A stretch of 63,535 nt of DNA, the filler included. It is 4 parts of 4 records of this genome, joined end to end, with 100 filler letters (N's around TTAATTAATTAA, not from the genome) between each part and the next. Parts side by side here need not be neighbours in the genome. Positions count along the whole stretch, not along the records: positions 33,803 to 58,067 come from DRR723986_2448; positions 58,168 to 63,535 come from DRR723986_2931; 2 more parts are not named here. The stretch is one strand, 5' to 3'. Shown piece by piece: positions 49,179-58,385 of the stretch. Position 1 is the stretch's first letter, and the number at the start of each line of letters is the position of its first letter. Both the position numbers and the translations under genes were made by a program. The notes beneath the pieces were generated by a model. The model had not been told where the DNA came from, searched no databases, and saw nothing but the letters and a program-made list of their open reading frames with translations.

Positions 49179-49955
49179 ATGATGCGTGGCTCCAATTCTT
49201 TGGACGGGCCCGTTGTGCGTAGTGGCGGCCCCGCCTACCTGCAAATTAGTGAAGTTCTGAGCAATGAGATTTTCAGGCAAACCTGGAAAGTGGGTGAACC
49301 CTTGCCCAATGAAAAAAAGCTCTCCGACCGATTTCAGGTGTCAATCGGCACCATTCGCCGCGCAATTGAAGCACTCGAAAAGTCCGGGTTGGTCACAAAA
49401 CTGCAAGGTATCGGCACATTCGTGACCGAGAAGGCCTTACCGTCCCCAGTCTACGATCGAGCCGATCCGTTCAAACTCAATGACCACTGGGCCACCGAGT
49501 ATTCTGGCACCGAGGTCAAAACCGAGTTGATCAGCCTCGAAAGTATTGAAGCCGACGCGGAGGAATCGCGTGCCCTCGGGGTGGCTTTGGGCGATCCGAT
49601 TTGGTTAATTGAAGTGCGGCATATGCTGCACACCCAGCTCATTGCCTACGAACAGCTTTATCTCTCCAAGAAGGTTTTTCCGAAGTTGAGCATTGAAATG
49701 CTGCAGAAATCGGCCGGCAACCTGTACCGTTTGGCCTCCGAGGTGTTTCAAATGCGGATTGGCCAGATGACCGATGAAGTGTCGGTGAAGTCGATGGAAC
49801 CCCGTATCGCGAGCCTGTTCAATAAAATTCCGGATGCGCCAAGTCTGCGGGTATTTCGGATTACCCATTCGATGGACAACACACCCCTCGAGAAACGGGA
49901 AGTGTGGCTTGACCCGAGCTTCGCTCATTACAAGGCCACGCCCGAATTGTCCTGA
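49179..49955 (+). CDS. GntR family (HutC/UTRA) transcriptional regulator
   Basis: YLQI...LPNE..L...F.VS.GT.RRA...QGIGTFV plus a UTRA-like C-terminus. Confidence 0.9.
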   Translation: MMRGSNSLDGPVVRSGGPAYLQISEVLSNEIFRQTWKVGEPLPNEKKLSDRFQVSIGTIRRAIEALEKSGLVTKLQGIGTFVTEKALPSPVYDRADPFKLNDHWATEYSGTEVKTELISLESIEADAEESRALGVALGDPIWLIEVRHMLHTQLIAYEQLYLSKKVFPKLSIEMLQKSAGNLYRLASEVFQMRIGQMTDEVSVKSMEPRIASLFNKIPDAPSLRVFRITHSMDNTPLEKREVWLDPSFAHYKATPELS

Positions 49956-49996
49956 ACATCAATCCAGGACATAAAGCCGGGCTACAATCTGTCCCC

Positions 49997-50869
49997 ATGC
50001 AAGCACTCTGGATGTTAATGGCCTGCCTGTGTTTCGGCACCATGGGTCTGATGGTCAAACTCGCGGGCACCCACGCCAGCTTGGGTGAAATTGTTCTTTT
50101 TCGCGGTGCAGTGCCAGCCATTGCAATCACCGGTTGGGCTCTGCTTCAGGGCCTTAGCCTGAAAAGCCCGGTTGCCTACCTGCATTTGAAACGAAATGTT
50201 GCAGGAATTATTGCCATGTGGTGCGGCTTTTATGCGACCACGCAACTGCCCCTGGCCACGGCGACCACACTGATGTACACCTCCCCGCTGTTCATTGCGC
50301 TGATCTTGTGGCTTTGGTATGGGCAATCTAGAAATCGCCTGGAGCAGTTCGCAATTGCAATCGGCTTTTCTGGTGTCATTGCGGTACTTCAACCCGTATT
50401 TTACGGCGATCAAATGCCCACCGCTTTGATAGGTTTGAGCGCAGGCGCAGTGTCTGCCGTGGCTTACATGCAGTTAAAGAGTCTTGGGCAGGCTCGCGAA
50501 CCCGAGTGGCGAACCGTGCTTTACTTCGCTGGCACAGCCACTGTGACATCACTGGTGTACATCCTTGGCTTCGGGGAATTTGAAGTGTTCAAGGCACCCC
50601 ATACCGATTGGACCTTGTTGTGGCTCGTCGCACTGGGGTTTTTTGGTGGTGCAGGCAACCTGGCGCTGACCCGCTCATTCGGGAGTGGGTCGACCTGGCT
50701 TTCTGCCGCGTTGCAATACTGCACAATTCTGGTGTCGACCTTCTTTGGAATTGTGGTGCTGGGGGACATCCCAACCAGCACAACCTGGTGGGGTGTTTTA
50801 CTCATCATCACCTGCGGTGCGATGTCTTCTTATGCAACTCACCTGAGAAAACTGACCGGCGATCAGTAG
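49997..50869 (+). CDS. DMT/EamA family transporter
   Basis: About 10 TM segments; LPLATATTLMYTSPLF. Confidence 0.88.
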   Translation: MQALWMLMACLCFGTMGLMVKLAGTHASLGEIVLFRGAVPAIAITGWALLQGLSLKSPVAYLHLKRNVAGIIAMWCGFYATTQLPLATATTLMYTSPLFIALILWLWYGQSRNRLEQFAIAIGFSGVIAVLQPVFYGDQMPTALIGLSAGAVSAVAYMQLKSLGQAREPEWRTVLYFAGTATVTSLVYILGFGEFEVFKAPHTDWTLLWLVALGFFGGAGNLALTRSFGSGSTWLSAALQYCTILVSTFFGIVVLGDIPTSTTWWGVLLIITCGAMSSYATHLRKLTGDQ

Positions 50870-50870
50870 T

Positions 50871-51656
50871 TCAATGGTGGTGATGAAGTATCTCGGCCAA
50901 AATCGCGATTAAAGCCACGCCAGACCCGATACACAGCAACTGCACAACACTTTCCTTGATTTTGACACGCTGCTGCATTTGCGGAATCAGGTCAGCCACC
51001 GCCACGTAAATAAAGCTGGCCGCCGCAAACACCAAGGCGTAAGGAAGCAAGGCTTGCAATTCCGTGAACAAGGTGTAACCCAAACCTGCACCCAACACAG
51101 CAGCCAGACCAGCAACCGACATCAGCTGCAAGGCTTTTTTGCGTGCAATACCTGCATTCACCAGCACCAGATAATCCCCGGTTTGTTGCGGAATTTCATG
51201 CAGCACCACACTCAGCGTGGTCACCAGACCCAACTCGAAGTCGACCAAAAATGCACTGGCCACCAGTAAACCATCGGCAAAGTTGTGAATGGAATCGCCC
51301 ACCACAATCAGCAAACCACCACGGCGCGCCTCGCGTTTGTCGAAGCCGTGGTGATGATCGTGTCCATCGTGCTCGTGGTGATGGCTGTGGCGAAAAATTG
51401 AAAACTTCTCGAGCACAAAGAAAAACAACAAACCCGCCAGCAGCAAAGCAAACAAGTTGTGATGATCCATGCCCTTGTCCAGCGCTTCGGGCAACAAGTG
51501 CAAAAGCGAAGCACCCAGAAGCACACCGGCAGACACACTCACCATGGGCTCAAGCGAGCGGGCAATGTGTCGTGCCGTCAACAATGCAGATGCAAAAATG
51601 GCCAAGGCCGTGCCCAGGGCAGCGGCCAGGAGAACAAGCGGTAAACTGGATTGCAC
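50871..51656 (-). CDS. ZIP family metal transporter
   Basis: His-rich loop, GDSIHNFADG, HEIPQ. Confidence 0.92.
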   Translation of the reverse strand: MQSSLPLVLLAAALGTALAIFASALLTARHIARSLEPMVSVSAGVLLGASLLHLLPEALDKGMDHHNLFALLLAGLLFFFVLEKFSIFRHSHHHEHDGHDHHHGFDKREARRGGLLIVVGDSIHNFADGLLVASAFLVDFELGLVTTLSVVLHEIPQQTGDYLVLVNAGIARKKALQLMSVAGLAAVLGAGLGYTLFTELQALLPYALVFAAASFIYVAVADLIPQMQQRVKIKESVVQLLCIGSGVALIAILAEILHHHH

Positions 51657-51674
51657 GATTGATTGGGTCCGAGA

Positions 51675-52592
51675 TTAGATCAGGTTCTTGCCCCGCAAGA
51701 ACTCAAGCGCCTGATTGTACGCCTGTTTGGCGGCAGTGGAATTGTAAGTCGGGCGATAATCGGCATGGAAACCATGCTGAGCCTTGTCAAATACGGTGAT
51801 GCTGCTGGCTTTGGCAAACGGATTATTGTCAGCTGCGGCCAAGGCTTTTCTCATTTGCTCTACAGTGTCAAGCGGGATCGAACTGTCTTCTGAACCATAC
51901 AAACCCAACACCGGCGCTTTCAGTTGCGAAGCCACATCCACCGGGTGTGCTGGCGTTAACTCAGTTTTGGAACCCACCAAGCGTCCATACCAAGCTACAC
52001 CTGCTTTCACTGCCGGCTGATGCGCTGCGTACAACCAGGTAATTCGCCCACCCCAACAAAAGCCGGTTACCGCCAGTTTTTTTACATCCGCACCCTCGGT
52101 GCCTGCGAATTCCACGCACTTGTCCAGGTCGGCCATCACCTGTTTGTCGTCCATTTTTGCAATGACATTTTCCAGAATTGCAGCCACGGTGGCATATTGC
52201 CCCGGCTCGGAATGACGAAAGAAAATTTCAGGGGCCAGGGCATAGAAACCCGCTTGGGCAAAACGTCGGCACACGTCTTCCAGATAGGCGTGTACACCAA
52301 AAATCTCTGGCACCACCAAAATTACCGGTGCGTTCTTTTTACCCTTGGGGTAAGCGCGGTAAGCAAACATGTCATCGTCGCCCACATCCACAAACACGCG
52401 ACCTTCTTCAAGACCATCGCTAGGTGTGGTAATGGCTTGGGCCAACACAGGCGATGCAGCTGCCGCAAACCCCCCGGCCGTAAAACCTTTCAGCAAAGTG
52501 CGACGGCTCATGGGCATCTTGCCGCCACCCGTCAGTGCTTTTAGATGTTCCTGATGTTCGTGGTTTGTGATGTGATTTTCGATATCGCTCAT
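51675..52592 (-). CDS. Dienelactone hydrolase family protein with a Tat signal
   Basis: SRRTLLKG, EIFG, GFCWGG, HGFHADYR. Confidence 0.9.
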   Translation of the reverse strand: MSDIENHITNHEHQEHLKALTGGGKMPMSRRTLLKGFTAGGFAAAASPVLAQAITTPSDGLEEGRVFVDVGDDDMFAYRAYPKGKKNAPVILVVPEIFGVHAYLEDVCRRFAQAGFYALAPEIFFRHSEPGQYATVAAILENVIAKMDDKQVMADLDKCVEFAGTEGADVKKLAVTGFCWGGRITWLYAAHQPAVKAGVAWYGRLVGSKTELTPAHPVDVASQLKAPVLGLYGSEDSSIPLDTVEQMRKALAAADNNPFAKASSITVFDKAQHGFHADYRPTYNSTAAKQAYNQALEFLRGKNLI

Positions 52593-52608
52593 CCCATGCT
52601 CCTGATAT

Positions 52609-55392
52609 TCAATGCGCCTCTTCCCAATTATTGCCGACGCCACAACCCACCTCTAGCGGAACTCGCAGCTTGGCCACCTGCGTCATGATTTCAGGTACGC
52701 GTTTCTGAATCAATTCGAGTTCACCCTTGGGTACTTCAAAAATAACCTCGTCATGAACCTGCATGATCATCTTTGTATTGAGATTCTCCGCCTTCAACCA
52801 AGCCGACAATTCAACCATGGCCATTTTGATCAGGTCTGCCGATGTACCCTGCATGGGCGCGTTGATCGCAGCCCGTTCAGCACCGGCCCTGCGCGGGCCG
52901 TTCGGGCTCTTGATTTCAGGCAGCCACAGCCGGCGCCCGAACACGGTCTGAACAAAGCCGTCTTCTTTGGCCTGTGCGCGCACATTGTCCATAAATTTCG
53001 CCACACCTGGATAGCGGGCAAAGTAACGGTCAATATAGAGTTTCGCAGCTTCTCGGGTGATACCCAGATTGCCAGCCAATCCAAAGGCACTCATGCCATA
53101 GATAAGCCCGAAGTTAATCACCTTTGCGGTGCGGCGATGGTCGGACGTGACTTCGTTCAAACCCACTCCGAAAATTTCCGATGCAGTGGCACTGTGAATA
53201 TCCAAGCCTTCATTGAAAGCATGAATCAGCGCCTCATCGCCTGAGATATGCGCCATGATGCGCAACTCAATTTGCGAATAATCAGCAGACACCAACACGC
53301 AACCTGGTGCGGCAATGAATGCCTCGCGCACCCTGCGACCCTCTGCGGTACGTACAGGAATGTTTTGCAAGTTGGGATCATTGCTGGCCAGGCGGCCGGT
53401 CACTGCCACGGCTTGCGCATAGTTGGTGTGCACACGCCCTGTGCGCGCATTGACCATGCGGGGCAATTTGTCGGTGTAGGTACTTTTCAGTTTGGCCAGC
53501 GACCGGTGTTCAAGCAACTTCGCGGGCAAAGGGTAGTCTTCCGCCAATTTGCTGAGGACTTCTTCATCAGTGGACGGCGCGCCACTGGCTGTTTTTTTCA
53601 CCACGGGCAAACCCAGTTTGTCGAACAGCAACTCGCCAATTTGTTTGGGTGAATTCAGGTTAAAACTTCCCCCCGCCAATTCAAAAGCCTGCTCTTCAAT
53701 CATTTTCAGCTTGTCGGCAATTTCGGCGCTTTGTGCCTCAAGCTTGTCAGAGTCAATTAATACACCGTTGCGTTCTACCTCAAACAACACCTGCCCAAAA
53801 GGCAACTCCACATCGCGGTACAACTTGGCAAGCTCAGGGACCTTGTCCAGCTCGGCTTTCAAGGTGTGGGCGAGGCGCAAAGTGACTTCAGCATCTTCCG
53901 CAGCGTACTTGGTGGCAGTGTCGATAGGCACCTGGTCAAAGGTAATTTGACTGGCACCCTTGCCTGCCACTTCTTCATACTTGATGGTGTTGTAGTTCAA
54001 CCAGCGCAGGGCCAACGCATCCATGCCGTGGGGCTTGTGGGCCTCAAGAATGTAGCTGGCCAGCATGGTGTCCTCAAACAGACCCTTCACCCACACATCA
54101 TGATTGGCCATCACATGCAAGTCGTATTTGGCGTTCTGGGCAATCTTGGGCGAATCAGAGTCCTCAAACCAGGGCTTCAGGAATGCCAGCACCTCGGCCA
54201 ATGGCAATTGTGGCTCGGCGGTCAAATCTTGATGCGTCAGTGGAATGTAATAGCCCACCCCTGGTTTCACTGAAAATGAAAGGCCCACAATGCGCGCATT
54301 CATGGGTTCCAGCGAATCGGTTTCAGTGTCAAAGGCCACCGGCGTCTTGCTGGCGGCTGCCGCTTTCAGAGCCGCGAGTAGTTCATTCAGTTGCGCCTGT
54401 GTTTGCACACAAATGGTTTGGATTGAATCCACTGCTTGTGTAGGTGCATCAAACAGGCTCATGGAACTGCCATCGGGAGATCCTTCGACTTTCGGTTTCG
54501 CGGCAACTTCCTCTTCAGCGACACCACCCAAGGCTCGAAACCAAGTTTTAAACTCAAAACGCTGAAACAGTTTTTTGAGTTCATCTGTGTTTTCCGGATT
54601 CGCCTTCAATTGCTCCTCAATGTGACGACGAAGCTCGAACTCGCAATCTGTTTTGATGGTGACCAGGGTTTTGCCTGTGGGCAACCAGTCCAGTGCTTTT
54701 TGAAGGTTCTCGCCCACTTTGCCGCCAATTTTGTCGGCATTGGCCACTACGCCATCCAGTGTTTTGTACTCCGCCAGCCACTTGGCCGCGGTTTTGGGGC
54801 CCACCTTTTCCACGCCGGGTACGTTGTCCACCGTGTCGCCCACCAGCGTCAGGTAATCAATAATTTGCTCAGGATAGACACCGAACTTTTCAAACACCGC
54901 ATCCCGGGTCATGACCGCGTTTTTCATGGTGTCCACCAATCGAACTTTGTCATTGACCAATTGAGCCATGTCTTTATCACCCGTGGACACAATCACCTCA
55001 TCGAAGCCCTGCTCCAGGGCCACCTGTGCCAAGGTGCCAATTACATCATCAGCCTCAATGCCGGGCTCCATCACGATGGGCCAGCCCATGGCACGGGTTA
55101 CTTCATGAATGTGAGGGATTTGAGCCGCGAGGTCCTCAGGCATGCTGGCCCTGTTCGCCTTGTATTCGGGGTAAATGTCGTCGCGAAAGGTTTTACCCGG
55201 CGCATCGAACACACAGGCGATACAATTGGAGGTGATATCGTCAGTGTTGTAATCTGCACGCAGGCGTCGAAGCATGTTAACCATGCCATAAATGGCACCA
55301 GTGGGCTCACCAGCGCGGTTTCGCAAATCGGGCATGGCATGAAAGGCACGGTACAGGTAGCTCGACCCATCAACCAGGAGTAATCGCTTCAT
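52609..55392 (-). CDS. polA: DNA polymerase I
   Basis: LLVDGSSYLYRAFHA, FDTET, ADYSQIELR, AKVINFGLIYG, QVHDE. Confidence 0.98.
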   Translation of the reverse strand: MKRLLLVDGSSYLYRAFHAMPDLRNRAGEPTGAIYGMVNMLRRLRADYNTDDITSNCIACVFDAPGKTFRDDIYPEYKANRASMPEDLAAQIPHIHEVTRAMGWPIVMEPGIEADDVIGTLAQVALEQGFDEVIVSTGDKDMAQLVNDKVRLVDTMKNAVMTRDAVFEKFGVYPEQIIDYLTLVGDTVDNVPGVEKVGPKTAAKWLAEYKTLDGVVANADKIGGKVGENLQKALDWLPTGKTLVTIKTDCEFELRRHIEEQLKANPENTDELKKLFQRFEFKTWFRALGGVAEEEVAAKPKVEGSPDGSSMSLFDAPTQAVDSIQTICVQTQAQLNELLAALKAAAASKTPVAFDTETDSLEPMNARIVGLSFSVKPGVGYYIPLTHQDLTAEPQLPLAEVLAFLKPWFEDSDSPKIAQNAKYDLHVMANHDVWVKGLFEDTMLASYILEAHKPHGMDALALRWLNYNTIKYEEVAGKGASQITFDQVPIDTATKYAAEDAEVTLRLAHTLKAELDKVPELAKLYRDVELPFGQVLFEVERNGVLIDSDKLEAQSAEIADKLKMIEEQAFELAGGSFNLNSPKQIGELLFDKLGLPVVKKTASGAPSTDEEVLSKLAEDYPLPAKLLEHRSLAKLKSTYTDKLPRMVNARTGRVHTNYAQAVAVTGRLASNDPNLQNIPVRTAEGRRVREAFIAAPGCVLVSADYSQIELRIMAHISGDEALIHAFNEGLDIHSATASEIFGVGLNEVTSDHRRTAKVINFGLIYGMSAFGLAGNLGITREAAKLYIDRYFARYPGVAKFMDNVRAQAKEDGFVQTVFGRRLWLPEIKSPNGPRRAGAERAAINAPMQGTSADLIKMAMVELSAWLKAENLNTKMIMQVHDEVIFEVPKGELELIQKRVPEIMTQVAKLRVPLEVGCGVGNNWEEAH

Positions 55393-56130
55393 ATGACAAC
55401 CAAAAATAAGAATATTCCGACATTGCGCCACCTTCCCTCCAAAGAACAATCGACCACAGTGAAGGCCCGAGAATCGTGGCATGTGTTGGGAATTATGGCA
55501 GAGTTCATTGAGGCGACTGAGAAGCTGTCAGCAATTCGCCCTTCGGTGTCCATATTCGGCAGCGCCCGGACCCCCGTGGATCACCCCTATTACGCGCTGA
55601 CTGAGAATATCGCGCGAGCACTGTCTGACTCAGGTTTTGCGGTAATCAGTGGCGGTGGGCCCGGCATCATGGAAGCCGCCAACAAAGGGGCCTATGCGGG
55701 CGAATCGCCCAGCGTGGGTCTGAATATTGAACTGCCGTTCGAGCAAAGCGGAAACGCCTACCAGAATATTTCCCTGACTTTTCGCCACTTTTTTGCCCGC
55801 AAAGTGGCCTTTGCGAAGTACGCAAGTGCCTATGTCGTGATGCCGGGCGGATTCGGTACGCTTGATGAAATGTTTGAGGCCCTCACGCTAATACAAACCA
55901 ACAAAGGCAGGCGCATCCCCATTATTTTGGTGGGCTCCAAGTTCTGGGCTGGCCTGATTGACTGGGTGAAAAGCCATTTGCTGGGCGAGGGAATGATCAG
56001 CCCAAGCGACATGGACCTGTTTGAAGTGGTGGAAACACCTGAGGAGGTGCTGAAATGCATATTCCACTTCTACGAGAAACGCACCTTCAATCCATCAGAC
56101 AGTGAAACAGAGAAGCTGTTGGACTTATAA
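55393..56130 (+). CDS. LOG family (TIGR00730) nucleotide phosphoribohydrolase
   Basis: FGSAR, GGGPGIMEA, PGGFGTLDE. Confidence 0.93.
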   Translation: MTTKNKNIPTLRHLPSKEQSTTVKARESWHVLGIMAEFIEATEKLSAIRPSVSIFGSARTPVDHPYYALTENIARALSDSGFAVISGGGPGIMEAANKGAYAGESPSVGLNIELPFEQSGNAYQNISLTFRHFFARKVAFAKYASAYVVMPGGFGTLDEMFEALTLIQTNKGRRIPIILVGSKFWAGLIDWVKSHLLGEGMISPSDMDLFEVVETPEEVLKCIFHFYEKRTFNPSDSETEKLLDL

Positions 56131-56187
56131 AGCAGGGTCAAACACAGGTAAAATCCGGGGTGCTCATGACCCTACTCAGGACTTTGA

Positions 56188-57150
56188 ATGGCTGTTTTTA
56201 CGCGCATTACCCAAACAGAACTGCAACAATGGCTGCAAGGCCGGGATTGCGGCGAGCTGCTTTCATTTCAAGGCATCGAGTCGGGCATTGAAAACACCAA
56301 TTATTTCGTCAACACAAGCAAGGGGAGGTTTGTACTTACCTTGTTTGAAAAGCTCACCGCCCAAGACTTGCCATTTTACCTGGGCTTGATGCAGCACCTT
56401 GCTACAAAAGGCTTGGCTGTACCTGGACCGATACCCAACACACGCGGTGAATTGTTCAGTGAGCTGAACGGAAAACCCGCGACGTTGGTCAATTGTCTCG
56501 AAGGAAAATCAGTTGAATATCCCAATGCCGACCAATGCCGACAGATCGGTCGGTTTTGCGCGCAAGCTCACCTTGCGGTTGCAGATTTTTCCGGCATGAC
56601 ACCCAACCCTAGAGGTCTGGCGTGGATTGAAAGTGCCATGAATTCTCTCGATTCGCACCTCCCCGTCGCAGTCAGAAAACTGCTACACGATGAAGTGAAT
56701 CACCAAAAAGCCGTGGCTGAACGGCATGCCTACAAAATGCTGCCGAAAGGTGCAGTGCACGCCGATTTGTTTCGCGACAACGCGCTCATGCTAGGCGACA
56801 CATTGGGTGGGGTCATCGATTTTTACTTCGCTGGGGTAGATACTTTTTTGTTCGACCTCGCAGTGACCGCAAATGACTGGTGTATCCAGCTATCTACTGG
56901 AGAATTGAATCCTGAATTGCTTGGTGCCCTGCTTGACGGTTATCAATCTGAACGCCCACTGAGTGCGCATGAGTGCGAACTTTGGCAAGACATGCTGCGT
57001 GCGGCGGGGCTTCGCTTCTGGACATCAAGGCTCTACGATTTTTACATGCCACGCGAAGCAGAAGTGCTGAACGTGAAAGACCCTAAACATTTTGAACGTG
57101 TATTGCTTGCCCGCAGGCAGGGAATACCGCTTGCCCCTCAACCGAATTAA
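56188..57150 (+). CDS. thrB: Homoserine kinase (type II)
   Basis: MAVFT, GIENTNYF, HADLFRDN, IDFYF, RFWTSRLYD. Confidence 0.95.
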   Translation: MAVFTRITQTELQQWLQGRDCGELLSFQGIESGIENTNYFVNTSKGRFVLTLFEKLTAQDLPFYLGLMQHLATKGLAVPGPIPNTRGELFSELNGKPATLVNCLEGKSVEYPNADQCRQIGRFCAQAHLAVADFSGMTPNPRGLAWIESAMNSLDSHLPVAVRKLLHDEVNHQKAVAERHAYKMLPKGAVHADLFRDNALMLGDTLGGVIDFYFAGVDTFLFDLAVTANDWCIQLSTGELNPELLGALLDGYQSERPLSAHECELWQDMLRAAGLRFWTSRLYDFYMPREAEVLNVKDPKHFERVLLARRQGIPLAPQPN

Positions 57151-57163
57151 GGAAGTCAACAAA

Positions 57164-57958
57164 TTGGCCAACTACGTACATACTTGCCCGCCCAGTGCGG
57201 GATGGGATTGGCTGATGCAGGGCGTGCAGCTTTTCCGCAGCAAACCAGGTGAAATGTTCCTGTTTGGCAACACTTATCTGTTCATCATTCTTTTCATCGG
57301 AATCCTGATCCCTTTTATCGGCGCTGCCGCAGTGGCTGTTGCATCGCCAGCCCTGGGCTTTGGCATCATGCTGGCTGGCAAAATGGGGCAAAAAGGTTTA
57401 CGGGTCAGTCCCAGCGTTTTGTTCAATGCCTTCAGTCAAGACAACAGGAAACACCTGCAATCCTTGTTGATTTTAGGAGCCATTTACACCGCTTGTTTTG
57501 CGCTGATCCGGTTACTTGCGCACCTCGTTTTAGGCGCACAACCTGCAGTGTCGATTGATGACCTGCAGAAGGCCGATGCAGCCACCAGTGCCGCATTTAT
57601 GGAATACATGGTGCTTTACATGATTTTCATTGGCATCACCAGCATTCCGGTACTGTTGGCTTTCTGGTTCGCGCCGGTGTTGGTGGTTTGGCACAATATG
57701 AAACCCATGCAGGCTCTGTTTTCAAGTTGGGTTGCTGTGTGGCGAAACAAGGGCAGCTTTCTGATTTATGGCATGGGCTGGCTTGTTCTGGGCTTGGGTT
57801 TTTCGTCAGTGTTTGTGGTGTTGCTTACATTGCTGGGCTTGCCCGCCGCATTTGTGAGCGCGCTGAACATGATGTGCGTGGCGCTGGTCATGGCAGTGTC
57901 GCTATGTACTTTTTACCCAACCTACAAAGCAGTGTTTGAGCACGATCCAACCGAGTAA
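57164..57958 (+). CDS. BPSS1780 family membrane protein
   Basis: G..WL..G..LF, WFAP.LV.W, AL..S..A...N motifs; follows thrB. TTG start inferred. Confidence 0.75.
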   Translation: MANYVHTCPPSAGWDWLMQGVQLFRSKPGEMFLFGNTYLFIILFIGILIPFIGAAAVAVASPALGFGIMLAGKMGQKGLRVSPSVLFNAFSQDNRKHLQSLLILGAIYTACFALIRLLAHLVLGAQPAVSIDDLQKADAATSAAFMEYMVLYMIFIGITSIPVLLAFWFAPVLVVWHNMKPMQALFSSWVAVWRNKGSFLIYGMGWLVLGLGFSSVFVVLLTLLGLPAAFVSALNMMCVALVMAVSLCTFYPTYKAVFEHDPTE

Positions 57959-57999
57959 CTGGCCTGGACTGCAGCCTCTCGGCGCCTGTTAACTGCCCT

Positions 58000-58067
58000 A
58001 TCGGCTTAGGCTCCGATCTCTCGCCACTGTGTAGGTAGCTCAATCGGCTTGGGTTCCGATCTCTCGC
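58000..58067. repeat. Two near-identical palindromic 25-bp repeats (REP-like), period 43 bp, cut by the contig end
   Basis: ATCGGCTTAGGCTCCGATCTCTCGC and ATCGGCTTGGGTTCCGATCTCTCGC. Confidence 0.8.
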
Positions 58068-58167
58068 NNNNNNNNNNNNNNNNNNNNNNNNNNNNNNNNN
58101 NNNNNNNNNNNTTAATTAATTAANNNNNNNNNNNNNNNNNNNNNNNNNNNNNNNNNNNNNNNNNNNN
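58068..58167. other. Artificial contig linker
   Basis: 44 N + TTAATTAATTAA + 44 N. Confidence 0.99.
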
Positions 58168-58212
58168 GCCAGCTTCCAGCAGCTGACGCATGGTGAACTC
58201 GGGAAGAGCCAT
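58168..58212 (-). CDS. rpsB: 30S ribosomal protein S2, first 15 codons
   Basis: MALPEFTMRQLLEAG. Confidence 0.92.
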
Positions 58213-58220
58213 GCTTCTTT

Positions 58221-58322
58221 TCCTTTCCGGTTTGCGCCTCGGTGGGGGAAGAAGCTGTGCTTCAACCGGCGGACATAAGGGATGTCTCCCCTTACTGCCC
58301 AACCCCACCTGCGGGTTTAAGT
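58221..58322 (-). ncRNA. rpsB 5' leader (t44-type); boundaries approximate
   Basis: Minus strand GGTGGGG...CCCCACC enclosing stem, then GAGGCGCAAACCGGAAAGGA just before rpsB. Confidence 0.65.
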
Positions 58323-58328
58323 GCCGCG

Positions 58329-58357
58329 CGTATACTGCCCGGGCCCGGGGTTTGCAA
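58329..58357 (-). promoter_or_regulatory. Putative sigma70 promoter for rpsB
   Basis: TTGCAA-N17-TATACG followed by a GC-rich discriminator. Confidence 0.55.
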
Positions 58358-58385
58358 CCCCTTTGGCGCATGGGCTGTGGCGGGG

